From Deltaproteobacteria bacterium RIFCSPHIGHO2_02_FULL_44_16 (GTDB lineage: Bacteria > UBA10199 > 2-02-FULL-44-16), in the NCBI GenBank assembly GCA_001798185.1, contig MGRM01000005.1, positions 19,925-83,924 of the forward strand: a stretch of 64,000 nt of DNA, in the 5' to 3' direction. A model generated the notes under the pieces. The model did no database searches. It was not told where the DNA came from and saw only the letters and a program-made list of their open reading frames with translations. A program made the position numbers and the translations under genes. The number at the start of each line of letters is the position of its first letter. Position 1 is the stretch's first letter. Shown here one piece after another: positions 58,360 to 64,000 of this stretch.

Positions 58360-59406
58360 ATGGATGACATTAATATTTTTGAATACTATCGAATTTTTCG
58401 GGCACGGAGAAACATTTTTTTTCTGACCGTGCTTATGCTCACCGCAATAGGCGTTGTCTATGCCTATCTGCAGCCTACGACTTATTCCGCGACTGCTGAA
58501 ATTCTCCCGGTAGGCGGATCGGAAGCAGGCGGCCTTGCAGCTCTTGCAGCACAGGTTCCTGGATTTGCAGGAATTGGAGGCGCCATGGGGGGTGGAGATA
58601 CTTCAGCAAAAACACTCCTTGCTATTTTAAAAAGTAGGACGCTTGCGGAACAGATCATTCGTCGGAGTCATCTTTTTCAGTATTATTTTGGAAACGATGC
58701 ACAAGAGAGCCCAGACCTTATGGAAGCTGCGGTTTCGATGCTTCTCAGAAGGAACACCGAGTTTTCAAATTCTCTCAAAACAGGAACTATTATTATTCGA
58801 GCCGAATTCAAAGACCCCGCTCTTTCCGCTGATGTTGCAAATGGCTATGTTGAGCTTCTGCAACATTCTCTGCAGAACAATGCTTTTACCAAAGCAAAAC
58901 GTAACCGCTTTTTTATTGAAGAAAGACTTGCTCAAAACAAACGAGAACTTCTTGAAACCGGGAAACGACTGAATGAGTTTTATCAAGAACGACAAGTTTC
59001 GAATGTTGAAGCCAGTGTCGATGTCCCGATTGGCGATGATAATGGTTCTCCTGTGGTGCTGGCAGAACTTGAAAAGTTGGAAAAAGAAAAAGGAGAGTTG
59101 AAACAGAAAATTCTCATTATTAAAGATATTCCTCAGCAGATCTACTTGGAATATGTTGCTCAACAAAAAGAGATTTTTGCAAAAATGAATATTTTGCTTT
59201 CTCAACAATTTGAAATGGCAAAGATTGAAGAAGCGAAGGAAGATTTAGCATTTCAAATCATTGATCCTGCTCGAAAACCAGTTGGTCGATCTAGTCCCAA
59301 TCGAAAACTTATTTTTTATCTTTCTTTCTTTGCCTCTCTCTTTATGGGGATTTTTCTTGTCTTTGTGACTGAATATATTGTTCGTGTGAAAAGAGGCCAA
59401 ATCTAA
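58360..59406 (+). CDS. Polysaccharide co-polymerase (Wzz/GumC-like)
   Basis: DDINI, N- and C-terminal TMs, coiled coil, IIDPA..P...SSP. Confidence 0.85.
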   Translation: MDDINIFEYYRIFRARRNIFFLTVLMLTAIGVVYAYLQPTTYSATAEILPVGGSEAGGLAALAAQVPGFAGIGGAMGGGDTSAKTLLAILKSRTLAEQIIRRSHLFQYYFGNDAQESPDLMEAAVSMLLRRNTEFSNSLKTGTIIIRAEFKDPALSADVANGYVELLQHSLQNNAFTKAKRNRFFIEERLAQNKRELLETGKRLNEFYQERQVSNVEASVDVPIGDDNGSPVVLAELEKLEKEKGELKQKILIIKDIPQQIYLEYVAQQKEIFAKMNILLSQQFEMAKIEEAKEDLAFQIIDPARKPVGRSSPNRKLIFYLSFFASLFMGIFLVFVTEYIVRVKRGQI

Positions 59407-59415
59407 ATTGAGCTG

Positions 59416-61059
59416 TTAAAACTGATATTGAAGCGCCGCGTCTCCCATCACGACATTTTTATTTTCGTTTCTAAAATCGAAGTGTTCAATGTGTTGAAAT
59501 CCTCCTGAGAAACGAAGTAGCAGGTGTTGCGTCATCGACAGTGTACTTCCCAAGCGAGAGATGAGTCTCGTCTCTTTTGCAACTCCCCTCCCACTATCTG
59601 GAAGTCGATCATAATGAATGTAAGTCGTCTCTCCCCAGAGTTCCATTCGTAATCCTATCAACCGCGAAATCCATACGTGATATTCCGTGGCGGCAGGCCC
59701 GCTATCGAGACCAAGAACGCGTCTTTGATGGCTTAATCCCGAAAGATTGGTGGCGTGAGTGTAGGGGATGGTGCGTGCATGACTTGCTTCAAGAAGCAAA
59801 CGCCATTCCCCATCGGGATCTACATGAGGAATCCAAACTCCTCCATGAAAGACTGTATTTTCCAGAAAAAAATCCCATCCTCCAAAATCGAGTGGATCTT
59901 CATCGTAGATATCCAGAAAAATTTCACTTTGCCGCAGAGTTGGAATGCGCCATCGAGCATCCATGCCGAGCACATTATTAAAATCTGTAGGAGCATCTTC
60001 TTCCTTTTTAAAGGGGATCATCAAAAAACGTCCCGACTTCCATCGAAGCCCGACAAGTTCAGCAATAGGTTCAAGGGGAAAAAAATCGGAAGCGCCGCTT
60101 CCTCCGAAAACAACGGCGCGAGAAAGGCCAAATTCGAGATTGTGGAGCGGCTTCATCATGATTCGTCCCCCGAAAATCATGACATGGGGAAAATGTTGAT
60201 CTTTATCGAGGACAGTCCAAAAAAGACGATACTGAAAAGGACCGAGGTGCTTTAAAAACCATGGCAATTGCAATGACTGCGGAGAACCAAGCTCGATCAG
60301 TTCAAGAGGTTTTGTGTTTTCCGAAAAAAGGACCCGTTTGTCTCGTCCTTGTCCCCAGAGAACAGGAGAGCGTCCTATCTTCATCTGAGCGTTACGCCAC
60401 GTGAGTTTGAGATGACCTGAATGGAGATTGGATTGAAACTTCGAGGTACCATCTCGAAGAAATGTTGGCTCTACAGAGATATCGAGAAACTCTCCTGCAG
60501 AAAGGCCTGTTTTCCCCCGTACCAGCATGTTGTGTCCATGTTGATAGGGGATGCCTTCTCGGTACGCTGTCCAAGGACTTGTGAAGCCATCAAGAGAAGC
60601 ATAGGGAAAGTCACGTCGATCGTCTTCGAAAACAACATAATGAAATCCAAGCGATGAAGGAGAGAGCGAGAAACCTTTTCGCGGTTCTTTTTTCTCCTCT
60701 GCTGCGAAAGCAGTTTGATACTGCTGTTTAAAACGATCAAGCACACGAGAGGGCAACGAGGTTGTTGTACATTTTTTGCTGTTTGCTCTTTGTGTCACTT
60801 CGAGATGCTCCTCCATGTCGATGAGAGCTCGGGCCAATGTTTTTTCTGTTAAGATCGCATCTCCGGTGAGGAGACTTGGCATACAACCTGTGGCTCGGAG
60901 AACTTCGAGGCCTTCGGACACTGTCAGAGAAGTATCCATGAGATTATCCTGAGGATGAATATCTGGCGACGCATGAACGAAAGAGGAGAAAAAAAGAAAA
61001 AGAGAGAGAAAACTAAAAAACAATACCTTGTGATGTTTCAAAAAATAGGTCAAAAACAT
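59416..61059 (-). CDS. wzi: Capsule assembly Wzi family outer-membrane protein
   Basis: Signal peptide; GR....WGQG....LFSEN..PL, P...PW....GP, KP..NLEFG.SR...FGG; C-terminal YQF. Confidence 0.8.
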   Translation of the reverse strand: MFLTYFLKHHKVLFFSFLSLFLFFSSFVHASPDIHPQDNLMDTSLTVSEGLEVLRATGCMPSLLTGDAILTEKTLARALIDMEEHLEVTQRANSKKCTTTSLPSRVLDRFKQQYQTAFAAEEKKEPRKGFSLSPSSLGFHYVVFEDDRRDFPYASLDGFTSPWTAYREGIPYQHGHNMLVRGKTGLSAGEFLDISVEPTFLRDGTSKFQSNLHSGHLKLTWRNAQMKIGRSPVLWGQGRDKRVLFSENTKPLELIELGSPQSLQLPWFLKHLGPFQYRLFWTVLDKDQHFPHVMIFGGRIMMKPLHNLEFGLSRAVVFGGSGASDFFPLEPIAELVGLRWKSGRFLMIPFKKEEDAPTDFNNVLGMDARWRIPTLRQSEIFLDIYDEDPLDFGGWDFFLENTVFHGGVWIPHVDPDGEWRLLLEASHARTIPYTHATNLSGLSHQRRVLGLDSGPAATEYHVWISRLIGLRMELWGETTYIHYDRLPDSGRGVAKETRLISRLGSTLSMTQHLLLRFSGGFQHIEHFDFRNENKNVVMGDAALQYQF

Positions 61060-61090
61060 GTGCTTGGGGTTTTCTCGGCTAGGCCTTTAA

Positions 61091-62722
61091 ATGTCAAGTA
61101 AACGAAAGATGCCATCACCGCGCGAAGAGTTATTAAAGCTTCATCAACGTCTTTATCGACGTAACCGGGACGTGATTGAAAGCTCTGTCTTAGTTGAAGA
61201 GCCTGGTTTTGATCAGTATGAACGTTCGTATTCTCAGTATGTCCGAGATTATCGTACGCTTTCCAGTCATGAACAGATGGTCAAAGCGCTTTTACGCGCG
61301 GATATCATTTATGTTGGCGATTATCATACACTCAATCAATCCCAACGTTCGTTTTTGCGCATTTTAAAAACGACTGTTGTGGAAGATCCCCATTTCATTG
61401 TTGGACTCGAACTCTTTCATGAACGTTACCAACCTTTTATTGATCGTTATCTAGCGGGAAAAATCACGGAAAAAACGTTTCTTCAACGCGTGAAGCTGAA
61501 AGAACATTGGGTTTTTGATTTATGGGAAAATTTTAAACCTATTTTTGATTTTTGTCGTTATCATCATATTCCTATTCAAGCGATTGATGCAGCGCCTTAT
61601 GGATCCACAGTCCGTGAGCGGGATCGTGCCACTGCAAAATTGATTGCTCGATTACAACAAGAACATCCGCAAAAAAAGTTTTTTGTTTTTATTGGAGACT
61701 TGCATATTGCTCCTCCTCATCTTCCCCGTGATGTAAAACGGGAAATGAAAAAAGCGCATCTTTCGTATCGCGACATCATTCTTTATCAAAACAGTGTTCC
61801 GATCTACTGGAAACTTGCAAAAGAAGAACTTCAAGATCGGGTGGAAGTGGTCTACGTCGATGACCGCAGTTACTGTCGCATGCATACTCCGCCGATTATT
61901 GCTCAACAGTCCTATCTCAATTGGCTCGACCATGAAGAGGGTGAAATCGATTATGGAAACGTTCGACAAAGTTTTTTGGAACTCGTCGAGCAAATTTCAA
62001 CTTTTCTCGGAATGCGCATCAAACAAAAAGATTTGGAATCGGTCGAAGTGTTTACCGCTGGAGATTTAAGCTTTTTGAAACGGCTGCGCGAAGCAAAAGT
62101 TTTTTCAAAAGAAGAGATCGAAACCATTAAACATCAAATTCTTTCGAGCGAAAGTTATTTTATTGCGAAAACCCGTTTTGTTTATTTAGCAACGCTCTCT
62201 CTCAATCACGCTGCAGAAGAAGCGTCGCATTTTATGAAGCATGTCTGTTCAGGATCAGAGTCGCCTCGCGAACTCATTGATGCTTTCTATGCCAATATTC
62301 TTCATGAAGCTCTTGGGTTTTGGGGATCGAAAATTATTAATCATAAACGTAAATGTCCCCATGAACAGGATTTTCGCGAACTCGTTGCGTATTTTGAAAG
62401 CATTCATGTTCCAGTGGATCGTCGATTAGAACAGGAATCAGCGCATCTCATTCTGGAATATCTTCGCCACGAGCAAAAAGGGAAGCCGCTTGAATATGCT
62501 GATATTTTTGCGACTCGAATGGATCTGTTTATTTCAGTGACGCATGCGCTTGGATATATGCTGGGAGAAAAGCTTTATTATGGCCTTATGGACAACGTGA
62601 TCAGCAAAAAAGAGATACGCCAACTTTTTTGTCGTGCGTGGCGACAAAAAGGAGAACCGCTCACGGTGTATTGGAAGATAAAAAAGAAATTGCAAACGGT
62701 TCGATTGCCCAAACGAATTTAG
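61091..62722 (+). CDS. ChaN-like (EreA/ChaN fold) protein
   Basis: IIYVGDYH, GLELF...Q..ID.YL.G, RD..A, GDLH. Confidence 0.65.
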   Translation: MSSKRKMPSPREELLKLHQRLYRRNRDVIESSVLVEEPGFDQYERSYSQYVRDYRTLSSHEQMVKALLRADIIYVGDYHTLNQSQRSFLRILKTTVVEDPHFIVGLELFHERYQPFIDRYLAGKITEKTFLQRVKLKEHWVFDLWENFKPIFDFCRYHHIPIQAIDAAPYGSTVRERDRATAKLIARLQQEHPQKKFFVFIGDLHIAPPHLPRDVKREMKKAHLSYRDIILYQNSVPIYWKLAKEELQDRVEVVYVDDRSYCRMHTPPIIAQQSYLNWLDHEEGEIDYGNVRQSFLELVEQISTFLGMRIKQKDLESVEVFTAGDLSFLKRLREAKVFSKEEIETIKHQILSSESYFIAKTRFVYLATLSLNHAAEEASHFMKHVCSGSESPRELIDAFYANILHEALGFWGSKIINHKRKCPHEQDFRELVAYFESIHVPVDRRLEQESAHLILEYLRHEQKGKPLEYADIFATRMDLFISVTHALGYMLGEKLYYGLMDNVISKKEIRQLFCRAWRQKGEPLTVYWKIKKKLQTVRLPKRI

Positions 62723-62749
62723 GGTCTCGACCCTAGGGTCAAGACCCTA
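62720..62749. repeat. Double-hairpin palindrome, family E, between convergent genes
   Basis: tagggtctcgaccctagggtcaagacccta; near-perfect 30-bp palindrome of two agggtc-NN-gaccct units. Confidence 0.85.
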
Positions 62750-64000
62750 GGTTTCGTAATATTCTCGTCCCAAATGCGTAATTTGCTCTTCACCCATCAG
62801 ATAGCGAAGCGTATTTTTGAGTTTCATTTCTTGAATGAAAAGATTGTGCTCTGGATAGAGACCAGCGGCAACCATCGGAGATTTGTAATAGAAGGAGAGC
62901 CACTCCTGAATTCCTTTCAGCTTTGCTCGTTTTGCGAGATCCATAAAAAGAGCCAAATCTAAAACCAGAGGAGCTGCGAGAATGGAATCGCGGCAGAGAA
63001 AGTTAACCTTGATTTGCATCGGGTAGCCCATCCATCCAAAGATATCGATGTTGTCCCATCCCTCTTTGTTATCACCTCGTGGAGGATAGTAATGAATGCG
63101 GACTTTGTGATGCATATCGCCATAGAGATCGGGATTGAGATCAGGTTGCAAAATAGTTTCTAAGACAGAGAGCTTGCTCTCTTCTTTTGATTTGAAGGAA
63201 CCAGGATCGTCCAACACTTCTCCATCTCGATTGCCTAAAATATTGGTGGAGAACCAACCATTGAGTCCTAATAAACGGGCACGAAATCCTGGCGCTAAAA
63301 TCGTTTTGATCAACGTTTGACCTGTTTTGAAATCTTTTCCCGAAATAGGAACGCCATTTTTTTCTGCCAGCTCATGGATGGCGGGAGCATCGACCGTTAA
63401 GTTCGGAGCTCCATTGGCATAAGGAATCCCTAATGAGAGAGCTGCATAAGCATACAGCATAGAAGGAGAAATATCCGGATCATTTTGATCGAGTCCTTTT
63501 TCAAAAGCAGCGAGTGTTTGATGCACCGGCTTTACAGCAGTAAAGACCTCGGTCGATCCGCACCAGACCATGACGGAACGTGAGACACGATTGTGGTCTT
63601 CAAATTTTTTGATGTCTGCGATAAGTCCCTCAACCAGTTTACGTTTGGTCGAAGCTTGCTTGGTATGCGTCCCATCGAGTTTTTTGACCCACGTTTTTTC
63701 AAATGCTCCTTTAAAAGGAGAGATTTTCGAGAGAGGTTCTTTGAGTTCTTCTAAATCGTGAGGACGAAGAACCCCGGCTTTTTTTGCAGCTTCATATGCA
63801 TTATCAGGGAAAATATCCCATGCCCCAAAAACAAGGTCGTTTAAATCGGCAAGAGGAACAAAGTCTTTGACTAAAGGACTGCGATGTTCTGTTCTTTTCC
63901 CAAGGCGAATGGTCCCCATTTGGGTTAAAGATCCGATTGGCTTTCGGCCATGATTCCGAATGGCTTCAACCCCGGCTATAAAGGTGGTACTGACAGCGCC
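62747..64000 (-). CDS. ino1: myo-inositol-1-phosphate synthase, 5'-truncated by window edge
   Basis: Frame open to the edge (GAVSTTFIAG...). Motifs GAWD, WCGSTE, NGAP, GKDFKTGQT, LGNRDG, RDSILAAPLVLDL. Confidence 0.93.
   Translation of the reverse strand, partial: GAVSTTFIAGVEAIRNHGRKPIGSLTQMGTIRLGKRTEHRSPLVKDFVPLADLNDLVFGAWDIFPDNAYEAAKKAGVLRPHDLEELKEPLSKISPFKGAFEKTWVKKLDGTHTKQASTKRKLVEGLIADIKKFEDHNRVSRSVMVWCGSTEVFTAVKPVHQTLAAFEKGLDQNDPDISPSMLYAYAALSLGIPYANGAPNLTVDAPAIHELAEKNGVPISGKDFKTGQTLIKTILAPGFRARLLGLNGWFSTNILGNRDGEVLDDPGSFKSKEESKLSVLETILQPDLNPDLYGDMHHKVRIHYYPPRGDNKEGWDNIDIFGWMGYPMQIKVNFLCRDSILAAPLVLDLALFMDLAKRAKLKGIQEWLSFYYKSPMVAAGLYPEHNLFIQEMKLKNTLRYLMGEEQITHLGREYYET

Overview
The window is almost entirely one very large surface-glycan (O-antigen/capsule/glycoprotein) biosynthesis locus of a Gram-negative bacterium. 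It holds about 57 tightly packed, mostly + strand genes from <1 to ~61 kb, followed by a ChaN-like gene and a 5'-truncated myo-inositol-1-phosphate synthase. Recognisable modules: (1) nonulosonic acid genes (NeuB + Gfo/Idh/MocA + cytidylyltransferase + PtmA-like SDR); (2) a PAPS/sulfation module whose ATP sulfurylase is fused behind a pyruvate-kinase domain; (3) a polyprenyl-P-sugar GT2/YdjC deacetylase/GT-C module; (4) a C-methyltransferase with two Gmd-like genes; (5) UbiA-DprE1-DprE2 (polyprenyl-P-arabinofuranose); (6) an FG-GAP lipoprotein embedded in the operon; (7) an unexplained module of Thr-type sulfatase-fold enzyme, CDP-alcohol phosphotransferase, divergent GAPDH, HAD, kinase-like protein, FkbM pair and cytidylyltransferase; (8) rmlCBDA, DegT, split transketolase, initiating transferase, PglF/CapD, Wzz, two Wzx, Wzy-like and Wzi. 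Five families of short palindromic repeats/MITEs sit at gene junctions. One is inserted in frame inside NeuB, several supply stop codons or C-terminal peptides, and one ~150-bp family shows compensatory base changes between its two copies. No tRNA, rRNA, CRISPR array or transposase was seen. All product calls come from motif recognition by eye, not database searches.
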